Source of the DNA: Candidatus Methanomethylophilaceae archaeon
Lineage (GTDB): Archaea; Thermoplasmatota; Thermoplasmata; Methanomassiliicoccales; Methanomethylophilaceae
Assembly (NCBI GenBank): GCA_050950505.1
Contig: JBMNHS010000002.1
Coordinates: 64,001 to 128,000, forward strand
Length of the DNA stretch: 64,000 bases
Direction of reading: 5' to 3'
A model generated the notes under the pieces. It was given only the letters and a program-made list of their open reading frames with translations, made no database searches and was not told where the DNA came from. Both the position numbers and the translations under genes were made by a program. Below are positions 39,102 through 48,868 of the stretch, piece by piece; position 1 is the stretch's first letter, and the number at the start of each line of letters is the position of its first letter.

Positions 39102-41786
39102 TCAGTCATCCTCCTCATCCACGGAGACGGGTTCTTTGGTGCATACCGAAACATAACTGCACTTTTCGCAATTCTTCCTGGGCGTTGCCGGGAACTGCGA
39201 ATCAATCATAAGATTGGCGGCTTTGTAGTCTTCGTTCAGTTTATCCAGGAAACCTTCCATGGATTCTTTGGGAACATATACGGCGCCTCTCCAAATCCAA
39301 TAATTCAGTTCGTACGCCTTTCCGAGTTTCTTCAGTCCGTCTTCGACCATGCCCCGGTCTTTCTTGGTGTCTTTCAATCCGAAAGAACTCCATATCCGTT
39401 CGTTCAGGGACGGGTTCGAAGCCCACTCTTCGGGAGGAAGTCCCGAGGATACAACGGGATCCACGAATCGTTTCCAGTCGTTGTACAGAACTTCATATTT
39501 GGCCACATTTTCAAAATCGCCCTTCAGGGGAGATTCCGTCAACTGCAAAATCTCGGATTTGCCGATGTCCATCAGACGTATGTCCACGGCGCCCGTATCC
39601 ACAGAATCGGTGTTCATGATTTTTCCGTCGATTCCGAAGATGTGGAACAACGTAAACACCCCGCTGTCGGAGAAATTCAGGTCTTTCATCAAGGCGAGAT
39701 ATATAAGAGGCTGCAGTTCCACATAATCGGCCCGTTCGGGATCGAATCCTTTCACGACATCCTTCCCGGCGTGGAACCGACCGGTTTTGAAATCAATCGA
39801 ACGGTTTCCGAGCAACAGGTCCATTTTTCCGAAAATCGGGTTTGCCGAAGACGACAGTTCCACTTCCGTAAGACTGCTGGTCATTTCGAATCCTTCTTCC
39901 AGAATCAGTTCGTTGGGATATTTGCGCGAGGCAATTTCCACATCAAGAGGAACGTCGTCGGGGACGTTTTCGTCGATGAACGTCATAAGATTCTTAAGTC
40001 CGATCCGAATGCGGTCCAAATCCACCCTTTCCATCATGGGACAGGACAATCCCGCATAATCCTTCCCGATTCTTTCCGCATAATATTCCAATCCTTTGTT
40101 TCTGACCGTTTCGGGATAACAGATGTAAAGTTCCGCGAAATCGTGCAGCAGACTGCCGAAACCCGTATGCTCGTTGTCCGGGATGCTGATGAGATTTCCG
40201 TAGTAATACGCACGGGGACAATTCACGAATTCGTTATAGGAAGACTTTGAGAATTTCCATTCCTCGGAAGCCACGGCATCCAGACTCATTCCCTCCTTAA
40301 GCGGGGAGATTTCCGGTTCTTCCAGATACCACGAACCTTTTTTGACTTCGGCGATGTCTTTGAAAGAAGTGACGGCTTTGTTTGTTCTTTCAAGTCCGTT
40401 TATTCCGTCAAACAGCAGAGTGGGCCTTGCCACCTTTCCGTCTTTCGTTGCGTTCACGGCATATATTCTCGAGGTTCCCTGCTGCAGCAAAACCCTGAAT
40501 CTCATGGCGTCCTTTTCCGCTTCGGCTTTCCTGTCAATGTAAACCTTGCCGGAAACCCGTTCGCTCCATCCGTCGCTGATTCCCAGGAAGGCTACGAAAG
40601 AACGGTCCACGAAAGTGGATTCCCTGCAATCCGCCAGGAGCACGCCCTTCTTCTCATCGTCGGGTATCTGTTCGTTATGACGCAGGTCGGTCACGTTGTT
40701 AACGGCATAGGTCATCTCCGTGACCAGTTTCGGAGCCACTTTCAAATCGGTGAATTTCAATTCATCCAGCAATATTTTGATCTGAGGTTTGTGACGGTTG
40801 TTCACCACAAGGTCCGAAACCTCACCGAAAGTCATTTTGTGTATGTTTTTCATACATTCCGCAAGTTCCGCCGCTCTGTCCTTTATGTCCGGGAACCTGG
40901 ACAGCAGAACGTTGTCGTATTTTGCCGGAATGTATCCTCCGTAAGCGGAGAACAGTTCTCTGACGTGTCTCACCCTCACGGTGCGGTACTGCATCCCGAA
41001 TCCCAGAAATCTCAGGAAATCCCTGATCTGGGAAAGATCTCTGACGGTCATGGTGTTTTTGAAAGGAATCCCCCGTCGGTAAAGGGCGGCACGGACGGCA
41101 TCGGCGATCTCGCCGCCGGAGTCCATGACTATCGCGATGTCTTCCGCTCTTTCCGGATCTATCAGGTCGACGACGTTTTCGGCAAGCTGTCTGTCGTTGC
41201 CTATTTCGTAAATGACGTCAATGTCGTATCCGCCGTTCCAATCGATCAGGTCAATCTCTTCGTGTCTTATGGGAACGAAGTGCTTGTCAAGGTCGTCGAA
41301 GAAATCCAATCCTATGACGGCCGTTTTTCTGTTTGAAAAAATATTTTCCGAAATGACCAACCCCGCTCTTCCTTCTTCATGGTATTTTTCGGGAACGAAT
41401 TCGCCCATTGCCTTTTCCAACGTCGGCAGGGCGGCGAAAGAGTCGTAGACGTTCCGGGACCGTTTCGTATACAGGTATTTGCGGACCTCGGCGGTGTATC
41501 TCCGTATCTCCCTTATATTCTCAATTTCGCCGTGGACATACTTGAAATTGTAGCCGGTTTCTTCGGCAACGGTGGCGACCACTTCGAGTTCGCTCATGAG
41601 AGAAGTGCCCAAAATCTGTGAGGAAAGTTGAACGGCAAGTTGTCTCGGGGTGTAGGCAAATCCCCCCACGTGGGGTCTTTCAATCCGCCCGTTAAGAGCG
41701 GTCGCGAGAGGGGCGTCGTTGGTGATGACGAGATCGAAATCTTTGATCTCGTCGTAAATCTCATCAATGCTCTTTATTCTGTACAC
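39102..41786 (-). CDS. AddB/AdnA-like subunit: degenerate helicase scaffold + Fe-S-staple PD-(D/E)xK nuclease
   Basis: No Walker A; NCPR..YY, GSLLH, GKMD, DFKTG, Q..Y, CEKC.....C; directly upstream of the AddA-like gene. Confidence 0.8.
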   Translation of the reverse strand: MYRIKSIDEIYDEIKDFDLVITNDAPLATALNGRIERPHVGGFAYTPRQLAVQLSSQILGTSLMSELEVVATVAEETGYNFKYVHGEIENIREIRRYTAEVRKYLYTKRSRNVYDSFAALPTLEKAMGEFVPEKYHEEGRAGLVISENIFSNRKTAVIGLDFFDDLDKHFVPIRHEEIDLIDWNGGYDIDVIYEIGNDRQLAENVVDLIDPERAEDIAIVMDSGGEIADAVRAALYRRGIPFKNTMTVRDLSQIRDFLRFLGFGMQYRTVRVRHVRELFSAYGGYIPAKYDNVLLSRFPDIKDRAAELAECMKNIHKMTFGEVSDLVVNNRHKPQIKILLDELKFTDLKVAPKLVTEMTYAVNNVTDLRHNEQIPDDEKKGVLLADCRESTFVDRSFVAFLGISDGWSERVSGKVYIDRKAEAEKDAMRFRVLLQQGTSRIYAVNATKDGKVARPTLLFDGINGLERTNKAVTSFKDIAEVKKGSWYLEEPEISPLKEGMSLDAVASEEWKFSKSSYNEFVNCPRAYYYGNLISIPDNEHTGFGSLLHDFAELYICYPETVRNKGLEYYAERIGKDYAGLSCPMMERVDLDRIRIGLKNLMTFIDENVPDDVPLDVEIASRKYPNELILEEGFEMTSSLTEVELSSSANPIFGKMDLLLGNRSIDFKTGRFHAGKDVVKGFDPERADYVELQPLIYLALMKDLNFSDSGVFTLFHIFGIDGKIMNTDSVDTGAVDIRLMDIGKSEILQLTESPLKGDFENVAKYEVLYNDWKRFVDPVVSSGLPPEEWASNPSLNERIWSSFGLKDTKKDRGMVEDGLKKLGKAYELNYWIWRGAVYVPKESMEGFLDKLNEDYKAANLMIDSQFPATPRKNCEKCSYVSVCTKEPVSVDEEDD

Positions 41787-41880
41787 GTTTCAGTATCCTT
41801 CGGATTATAGTAATGTTTTGTGTTTTACCTTTAAACACTCAATCGGCGGGTTTAATTACAATCGTCAATGTAGGACATCC

Positions 41881-42435
41881 GTGTCATCTATTTTTGTCGT
41901 GGAAGTCAACAGTGACGGAGACGAAGGGTATCCCGAAAACGTCGTTGTCGAAGTGGGGATATGCCGTATAAACACGGAAACTCTGGATTACGATTCGGTT
42001 TACGGAGAGCTGATTGAAAAGGACCCCCTGAACCTGGGAAAGGCTTCTTTGGACAATCTCACCGACAGAGCCGGAATCGACGTCAGGGAACTGTATCTCG
42101 GTCTCCCGGAAGAAAACGTGGTTTTCGACGTAAGGAAAATTCTGAAGGGGCAGGATGTAGCATGCTTCGACGTCCGTGAAACCTTCATGAAATATCTTTT
42201 GAACGATCCTTGGGATCTGACCAAGGAAGCCATGATCATGCCCGCCGTTTCGATCAGAGTGCCAAAAAGCCTCGGTTTGAAAAAGGACGGTTCCCTTCAG
42301 GACAGAATCGCCGCCGCGTACAACGCTCTGTGCCCCGGGGATCCCGCAGGAGTCAAAGACGGACGGAGAGCGTTGCATCTGGCTCAGATGACTTCGGAAA
42401 TTCTCATAAGACTGCGCAAAGAAGGCATGTATTAA
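41881..42435 (+). CDS. Inactive paralogue of the DEDDh exonuclease at 33002
   Basis: Collinear similarity (P...V.V.IC, V..IL.G..V, PW, AY.....DPAG, RAL) with catalytic residues replaced. Confidence 0.7.
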   Translation: MSSIFVVEVNSDGDEGYPENVVVEVGICRINTETLDYDSVYGELIEKDPLNLGKASLDNLTDRAGIDVRELYLGLPEENVVFDVRKILKGQDVACFDVRETFMKYLLNDPWDLTKEAMIMPAVSIRVPKSLGLKKDGSLQDRIAAAYNALCPGDPAGVKDGRRALHLAQMTSEILIRLRKEGMY

Positions 42436-42869
42436 AGTCTGAAAAGTCCGAACACCGTTCCGAACTTCGTTTCGGCCAGCTGCGCAAGGTATGACGAGAT
42501 GTAAATTATCGACAGAATTATCATTGCGAACACCAGCAGCACCCGCGTAATCGAACCCACGCCGTCCCACCAGGACACACAACCCAACAACGACAGGAAC
42601 AGAACCAGGCCCACCGCGAGAAAATGCCAACCTCTTCGGTTCTCATGGTTAAGGTAAATCAGCCCCAACCCCTGGAATCCGAATATTCCCGGCAGCACCG
42701 CCAGAACAAAAGCCAAGGTTTTGTTTTTTTCTTTTTCCCCGCGCACCAGAGTTCTGCGGGGCGGTTCGCGGGAAACGGTGTTTCTCGGAACGGAACCGTA
42801 ACATTTGGGGCAAACCGTGCCGGTGGACGGCATATGTTCTCCGCAGTGAGGGCATCTTTTGTCGGTCAT
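42432..42869 (-). CDS. Zinc-ribbon membrane protein (TM2-like)
   Basis: CPHC..CPKC followed by three hydrophobic segments with G.G.IYL. Confidence 0.75.
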   Translation of the reverse strand: MTDKRCPHCGEHMPSTGTVCPKCYGSVPRNTVSREPPRRTLVRGEKEKNKTLAFVLAVLPGIFGFQGLGLIYLNHENRRGWHFLAVGLVLFLSLLGCVSWWDGVGSITRVLLVFAMIILSIIYISSYLAQLAETKFGTVFGLFRL

Positions 42870-42971
42870 GTTTTCCTTCCGTACGCTTCTTTCCAATTCT
42901 TTGACGGTATATAAGTGAAACGGACCGTGAAAAACCCAAGGATTATAGCGGTAACCACGTTTACGTAGAAT

Positions 42972-44306
42972 ATGGCCGAAACACTGACTGTGACTCAGCT
43001 CAACAACCGGGTGAAGTCGATTCTGGCGGAATCAAGCCACGTCAAAGATATCTGGGTGATGGGAGAGATCTCCAACCTTACCCGGGCGGCCAGCGGACAT
43101 TATTACTTTACTTTAAAAGATGAGATCTGCGAATTGAAATGCATCATGTTCAGAACCCACAGATCCAGAATCGATTTCGAACCCGAAGAGAACATGAAGG
43201 TAAAAGTTTTCGGAAGGGCGGACATTTACGTTCAGAGAGGCACCTACCAGTTCATAATCGAAACCATGGAACGTTCGGGCGTGGGCGAACTGTACATTCA
43301 ATTCGAAAAGCTGAAAAGAGAATTGGAAGCCGAAGGTCTGTTTGACGATTCCAGGAAAAAGAAACTTCCCCCCTTCCCGAGAACCGTCGGGGTGGTCACG
43401 TCGGAAACGGGGGCGGTCATTCACGATATCATAACCACTTCCGCAAAACTGTTCCCGGCGGACATACTGTTGGCTCCCGCCATGGTTCAGGGCATAGGTG
43501 CGGGGGAATCCATCGTAAGAGGAATAGAGCTTCTGAACAGAATCGGCGTGGACGTCATGATTGTGGGAAGGGGAGGAGGCTCCATAGAGGATCTTTGGGC
43601 TTTCAACCTTGAAATGGTCGCAAGGGCGATTGCCGCCTCGGAAGTCCCCGTGATTTCGGCGGTGGGTCACGAATCCGACGTGACCATAGCGGACATGGTG
43701 GCCGACGCAAGAGCCCCAACCCCCACCGGCGCGGCAGAAATGGCTCTTCCCGATCCGGTGTCGCTGATGAACATACTGAGGGGACACGAGCACAGAGCGT
43801 CCAAAGCGCTGACGCACAAGGTAGCGATGATGAAATCCAGACTGGAGACTCTCACAATCAAATCGGATCCCCGCAGAAAACTGGAAGACATCGGCATGCT
43901 TCAGATAACCATGGACAATCTGATGTCCCGGGCGGATTCTGCCCTTAAATCCAAAGTTCAGTTCATGAGGTCCCGTTACAACGTGGCCGATTCGAAAATA
44001 TCCCCCAGAGCGGCGAAAACCGAAATAAAATCCCTGGGGGAATCATTGAATTCCTATTCCGAAAGATTGAAACTCGCAATCAAACGCATAATCAAAGATT
44101 CGAATTCCAAAGCGGAGGCCCTGGGAAAGAGAGCCGACGCTTTGAATCCCCTCGGGGTTCTGACGAGAGGTTACAGCTATGTGACCGATTCTCAAGGAAA
44201 CACCCTTACTTCGGCCAAAGCTTTGTCCGAAGGATCGGTGATCGACGTCAGATTCAGGGACGGCAGTGCCGAAGCGGAAGTGAAGAAGGTGAAGAACAAT
44301 GGATGA
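42972..44306 (+). CDS. xseA: Exodeoxyribonuclease VII large subunit
   Basis: GEISN, SGH.YFTLKD, L.AEGLFD, GRGGGSIEDLWAFN, SAVGHE.D, TPT.AAE, L.RGY. Confidence 0.96.
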   Translation: MAETLTVTQLNNRVKSILAESSHVKDIWVMGEISNLTRAASGHYYFTLKDEICELKCIMFRTHRSRIDFEPEENMKVKVFGRADIYVQRGTYQFIIETMERSGVGELYIQFEKLKRELEAEGLFDDSRKKKLPPFPRTVGVVTSETGAVIHDIITTSAKLFPADILLAPAMVQGIGAGESIVRGIELLNRIGVDVMIVGRGGGSIEDLWAFNLEMVARAIAASEVPVISAVGHESDVTIADMVADARAPTPTGAAEMALPDPVSLMNILRGHEHRASKALTHKVAMMKSRLETLTIKSDPRRKLEDIGMLQITMDNLMSRADSALKSKVQFMRSRYNVADSKISPRAAKTEIKSLGESLNSYSERLKLAIKRIIKDSNSKAEALGKRADALNPLGVLTRGYSYVTDSQGNTLTSAKALSEGSVIDVRFRDGSAEAEVKKVKNNG

Positions 44307-44532
44307 TGAAGTAAAAAATATGAGTTTTGAAGAATCCATAACGGCGTTGGAAGAACTTGTCAACGAGTTGGAAAGCGGCAGTTTGGATTTGGACAAAAGT
44401 CTTGAACTGTACGAACGCGCCACGGCGTTGAGGAACAGATGCAAAGAAATTCTTGAAGAAAGCGAACGCAGGGTTCAGAAAATCATGGAGACTTCCAAGG
44501 GAGTCGAAACCTCAGAGCTCACCTTTGAGTGA
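44299..44532 (+). CDS. xseB: Exodeoxyribonuclease VII small subunit
   Basis: SFEE....LE..V..LE.G...L..SL..YE; overlaps xseA. Confidence 0.93.
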   Translation: MDDEVKNMSFEESITALEELVNELESGSLDLDKSLELYERATALRNRCKEILEESERRVQKIMETSKGVETSELTFE

Positions 44533-45375
44533 CCACAGGTCGAAACAGTTGTCCTTGGACCATTTCAGGGTCCTTCCGTACAGTTCGGTTATTGAGAAAT
44601 ACCGTTCGCTGAACGCCAGCCTCAACGCGCCGGCGAGTTCTCCGCTTCCGAGATTCTTGGCGTTGAAAGAACCGAAGTTGCGCCTCAGTCCGATAAGCAG
44701 GACTTCCACCGCGTCATGGCCCCTGGCATAATCCAAAGGCTCATGATCCGCGGATGCTTCGCGGCGGAAAAGTTTACCCAATTCTCTGCGGTCTATGCAT
44801 CTGCCGGCGGTGCAAAGGACGATTTCGTCCAGAAGTTTTTCCTCATCGATCATCAAACTTCTCGGATTGATCATTATCCTGAAATCCAAATCCCTGAAAT
44901 TCAGACTCAGTTTGTATTTTTCCGAAACGTACATCATCAGCCCTATGGGGTAACAGGCGGAAATCACGGCATCGAAAACCGGACCGTATTCGTCCGTGAA
45001 CGCATCAAGGGCGTCCCGGTCCGCATATTCCGTCAGAACATCGTCCAATGCGGGACTGGCCAGCAACATGGTTTCCAAATCCCGTTGGTCCGTGCTGAAC
45101 ACCGGAGGGGTACGTTTCTTGCCTCTTATGCGATCAAGATCCGCATCCACTATGCCGACGATGTTGCCTATGTTGCGGTTGTTCCAGCATTCGTCAACCG
45201 CCCGTCTGACATTGCTTTTCGAATGACCGACGACGATTCTCACTTTCTCATGGCAGAACTTGCCGTACAGTCTGCTGTCGGTCACGCCTTCGACGGCCAA
45301 TATGGCTTCGTCGCCGGTGGCCGCAAGCATCGAAATCTCATTCGCAATATCTTCCGGTTTCAGAGTTCTCTGCAT
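44512..45375 (-). CDS. DUF4435/TOPRIM-like protein (PARIS AriB-like)
   Basis: VEG.TD..LY, IVDADLD, DLE, RGHD; downstream of an ABC ATPase. Confidence 0.75.
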   Translation of the reverse strand: MQRTLKPEDIANEISMLAATGDEAILAVEGVTDSRLYGKFCHEKVRIVVGHSKSNVRRAVDECWNNRNIGNIVGIVDADLDRIRGKKRTPPVFSTDQRDLETMLLASPALDDVLTEYADRDALDAFTDEYGPVFDAVISACYPIGLMMYVSEKYKLSLNFRDLDFRIMINPRSLMIDEEKLLDEIVLCTAGRCIDRRELGKLFRREASADHEPLDYARGHDAVEVLLIGLRRNFGSFNAKNLGSGELAGALRLAFSERYFSITELYGRTLKWSKDNCFDLWSLKGEL

Positions 45376-46408
45376 TTAAGTCCCTCAGTTCCCTGGACAT
45401 ATCCCACTTATCGTGGATGATCTGCGGGGAGTGTGTGGCCACGATGAACTGAAGATTTCTCAATTCGGCGATGTCCAGGAAGATATCCCCCAAACGCTGT
45501 TGCCATTCTATGTGCAGGGAATTCTCCGGTTCATCAATCACGACAATAGAGCCTTCGACGGCCTGGAAAAGCAGTCTGTACAATATTACCAGTACGTTTT
45601 TTTCTCCCGAAGACAAAGAATTCAGGGGAAGATCCGCGCCGGAATCCAATTTGAATACCATGTTGTTCTTTTCGTTTATGTGAAGGGTCTTTCCTCTGAA
45701 CATCCGGTTCATGATATCTTGGGAAACCACAATGGATTCCGAAAGACGGTAATTGCGGTCAATGTAATCCTCAAGACCGAAAGCCAACTTTTCGTATTCG
45801 TCCCTCTTTCTGGAAACATCGCTGTGGGTGGGGGGGAATCTCAGCGAAGACGGCAGATCCGGCTCAAGTCCCGCACCCTTCATGTAATCGAGTTTTGCCT
45901 TCAGATCCATGAACAGAAACACCAGTTCCCCGTCGGACATGTCTTTGGCATAATCCCCTTTCGGTTCGACCAGTGCGTTGTTTTCGACGGCATTCCTGAT
46001 GTTCTCCCTGAGCTCATCGGCGTAAGCGTCGATTGCGGGGGTCAGATGACCGTCCGGTCCGATGACGACCTGCCGTTCCGGGGAAATGTACATTATTTTG
46101 AAAAGTTCGTTCAGTTCTTCTTTGTCAACGGGATGCTCGATTTCGTTCTTGCTCACCATTATGTCGATGCCGTCCCGCTTGTCCACAATCAATACCACGC
46201 CGTCGCTGAACCCTATGTCGATTCTGTCGAAAGGCAATGCTTCCAGACATTCAACGTCACCCTCCATTGAAGAAATCAGGGCCTTCAGCAGAGTGGTTTT
46301 TCCGAATCCGTTGGCGGAATAAATGAAAGTGAGCGGGCTCGAACCGATATCCAAATTGCAGTCCGAATGGTACAGCAGACCGTAGACGGTTATGTTCTTG
46401 ACTTTCAT
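45338..46408 (-). CDS. ABC-type AAA_15/21 ATPase (PARIS AriA-like)
   Basis: NGFGKTT, LSSGEK, IDEPE.SLH..WQ, ATHSP. Confidence 0.8.
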   Translation of the reverse strand: MKVKNITVYGLLYHSDCNLDIGSSPLTFIYSANGFGKTTLLKALISSMEGDVECLEALPFDRIDIGFSDGVVLIVDKRDGIDIMVSKNEIEHPVDKEELNELFKIMYISPERQVVIGPDGHLTPAIDAYADELRENIRNAVENNALVEPKGDYAKDMSDGELVFLFMDLKAKLDYMKGAGLEPDLPSSLRFPPTHSDVSRKRDEYEKLAFGLEDYIDRNYRLSESIVVSQDIMNRMFRGKTLHINEKNNMVFKLDSGADLPLNSLSSGEKNVLVILYRLLFQAVEGSIVVIDEPENSLHIEWQQRLGDIFLDIAELRNLQFIVATHSPQIIHDKWDMSRELRDLNAENSETGRYCE

Positions 46409-46502
46409 TTCAGGTCAGATATCGGAGTCGGGCTATTATAACCTCCGTACCGTTTTTCCCGAGGGCTATCTTTATTTCAATGAAACAATTCCCGTCATCA
46501 CG

Positions 46503-47345
46503 ATGAACGACGAAAAAGCTCTTTCCGACATAAAGAACGTCATTGCCGCCGGACAGTTGGATACCGCCGAGGTTCTGTTAATGAACCGAGCGTCTTCCGC
46601 GGAAGATCCCTTGGTAAAAATTCAGTGCGCGTCCATACTGCTGGTGATCGGACGGAGCGAAACCTCCGACGAAGTCCTCGAGGAGCTTTACGATGAGGTT
46701 TACGGCGAAGCCGATATGTTTCCGGTGGCTCAGGCCATGAGAGGTCTGGGAAGAGGGGATCTGGCCCTTGGTCTGCTGGAAGGTTCGGAGGAAAGTGACG
46801 ACGTTCTGAGAGAAAAAGCAATGTCGTTCAACATGACCGGCCGTTTCGAAGAGGCCATCGAAAACCTGGAGAAGATTTCGGCAATGACCGCGGACGATTC
46901 CGTGCTGTTTCTCGAATCCCTCGGTTCCCTCGGCAAACACGGCGAGGCTCTGAAACTTTCGGAGAAACTTTCCGAAGAGTTTCCGGACAATTACAATGTG
47001 TTGCGCTCCCGGGGCGGGGCGCTGATCGCCGCCGGCGAAGAGAAGGAAGCCCTCAAGTATGCCAGAAAGCTGATGAAAGCAAACAAAAATTCTGCCGACG
47101 CCAACGCCGTGGGCGCATACGTGATGTACGTCATCGGCAACACAAAGCCCGCCGGGGCATTTTCCTCCAAAGCACTGAGAACGGATCCGACCCATGTCGG
47201 CGCAATGGAAATTCTCGCACTGAGTCTGGTGGACAGAGGGGAGTTCAAGAAAGCCAGCATAGTCGCCGGGGCCATGAACGAAAAGGAACCCGGAAATCCC
47301 GCCGCAGTGAGGATACTGAGACTGTGCGGCGGCAAATTCTCCTGA
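46503..47345 (+). CDS. Tetratricopeptide-repeat protein
   Basis: Repeated G...EA helical units. Confidence 0.7.
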   Translation: MNDEKALSDIKNVIAAGQLDTAEVLLMNRASSAEDPLVKIQCASILLVIGRSETSDEVLEELYDEVYGEADMFPVAQAMRGLGRGDLALGLLEGSEESDDVLREKAMSFNMTGRFEEAIENLEKISAMTADDSVLFLESLGSLGKHGEALKLSEKLSEEFPDNYNVLRSRGGALIAAGEEKEALKYARKLMKANKNSADANAVGAYVMYVIGNTKPAGAFSSKALRTDPTHVGAMEILALSLVDRGEFKKASIVAGAMNEKEPGNPAAVRILRLCGGKFS

Positions 47346-47411
47346 TATCTTCTTGACGGAACGGTCGTCTCAATAGTTCAATATAAATCGGGGAAGTCTG
47401 ATTAAGGCGGC

Positions 47412-48662
47412 ATGTGGAAGCAGGTAAGTGAGGATTTCTGGGCCGAGAACCGTTCCTCCAAAGTTGGGGACGTGGAAAAATCCGTCACCGAAATCATTGA
47501 AAAAGTCCGTAAAGAGGGAGACGCCGCATTATTCGAACTGACAAAGAAGTTTGACGGAACGGATCTGAAGCTTCTCGAAGTGACCCGTGAAGAAATCGAA
47601 GACGCCTACGATACGGTGGACCCCGTATTGGTCGAAGAACTCGAAAACGCGGCCTACAACATTCAACGCTTCCATGAAATGCAGGTTCCTCCGGATCTTT
47701 GGATCCGGGAGGTCGAACCGGGAGTAACGCTGGGCGTGAAAAGCACACCGCTGGACACCGTCGGCTGTTATGTTCCCGGGGGAAGGGCTTCCTATCCCAG
47801 CACGGCACTGATGTGTGTCATTCCCGCAAGAGTCGCGGGAGTGGGGGAAGTCATATGCTGCACCCCCGCACCCGTCAATCCCGTGACCTTGGTCGCCATG
47901 GACATCGCCGGGGCGGACACGATATTCAAAATAGGCGGGGCTCAGGCCGTCGCCGCCATGGCTTTGGGCACCGAAAGCGTCCCAAAAGTTCAGAAAATCG
48001 TCGGTCCGGGAAACGTTTACGTCACTTCGGCGAAAATGCTTCTGAGGAACGAAGTGGAAATCGATTTCCCCGCGGGGCCCAGCGAAATAGGGGTGCTTGC
48101 CGATTCTTCCGCCGATGCAAGGTATCTTGCGGCGGATCTCATCGCCCAGGCCGAGCACGACCCTTCCGCCGCCAGCATCATGATTACCGACGACCCGGAT
48201 CTTCCCGACGAAGTCTGGGAACACATGGAAAGCATGATTGAAAACCAACCCCGGAAGGAAATCATTCTGAAAGCTTTGGACAATTCAGGATACATAGTCG
48301 CCACCGACATGGAGCTTGCCTCCGAGATAATGGACCGCATAGCGCCGGAACACCTTTCGATTCAGACGTCAAATCCCATGGATATGCTGAACCGGGTGAA
48401 AAACGCCGGTTCGATTTTCATAGGTCCGTACACCCCTGTGGCGGCCGGAGATTACGCTTCGGGAACCAATCACGTTCTTCCCACCGCCGGTCACTCCTCA
48501 ACAGCATCGGGACTCAATGTGGCCCACTTCAGAAAAACCTCCACGGTGCAGATGCTGACCCCGGAAGGACTGGACGCGTTGGCCCCCACCATCAAGACCA
48601 TCGCCGAAGCCGAAGGACTCATTGCGCACAGCCACTCCGTGGACGTACGTTTTGAAGAGTAA
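47412..48662 (+). CDS. hisD: Histidinol dehydrogenase
   Basis: YVPGG, GGAQA, GPGN.YV, AGPSE, QAEHD, APEHL, GDYASGTNHVLPT. Confidence 0.97.
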   Translation: MWKQVSEDFWAENRSSKVGDVEKSVTEIIEKVRKEGDAALFELTKKFDGTDLKLLEVTREEIEDAYDTVDPVLVEELENAAYNIQRFHEMQVPPDLWIREVEPGVTLGVKSTPLDTVGCYVPGGRASYPSTALMCVIPARVAGVGEVICCTPAPVNPVTLVAMDIAGADTIFKIGGAQAVAAMALGTESVPKVQKIVGPGNVYVTSAKMLLRNEVEIDFPAGPSEIGVLADSSADARYLAADLIAQAEHDPSAASIMITDDPDLPDEVWEHMESMIENQPRKEIILKALDNSGYIVATDMELASEIMDRIAPEHLSIQTSNPMDMLNRVKNAGSIFIGPYTPVAAGDYASGTNHVLPTAGHSSTASGLNVAHFRKTSTVQMLTPEGLDALAPTIKTIAEAEGLIAHSHSVDVRFEE

Positions 48663-48868
48663 CCGAACGGAAAAGTCTGCGCCGATCGGAAACAGCCGAA
48701 AAAAGACAATCTTTCGCGACGGCCGGTAATGTAATTTTCAGACGTTGAACGCTGTAACGTTGCGATGTCGGTCGAAGATGTTCGGCAGAATCATTAAATT
48801 AAAGTAAAGTATCCTCACCATTACAAAAGCAGGATATCCCTTGCATGGACATCTGTCCTTATCCCGCT

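Noticed and set aside
39102-40260. Cas4-like Fe-S nuclease suggesting CRISPR adaptation
   Set aside because: It is the C-terminal domain of an AddB-like protein; no cas genes nearby
48663-48868. Stem-rich gap between hisD and larE as a possible sRNA
   Set aside because: Only short stems between convergent genes; no convincing C/D boxes
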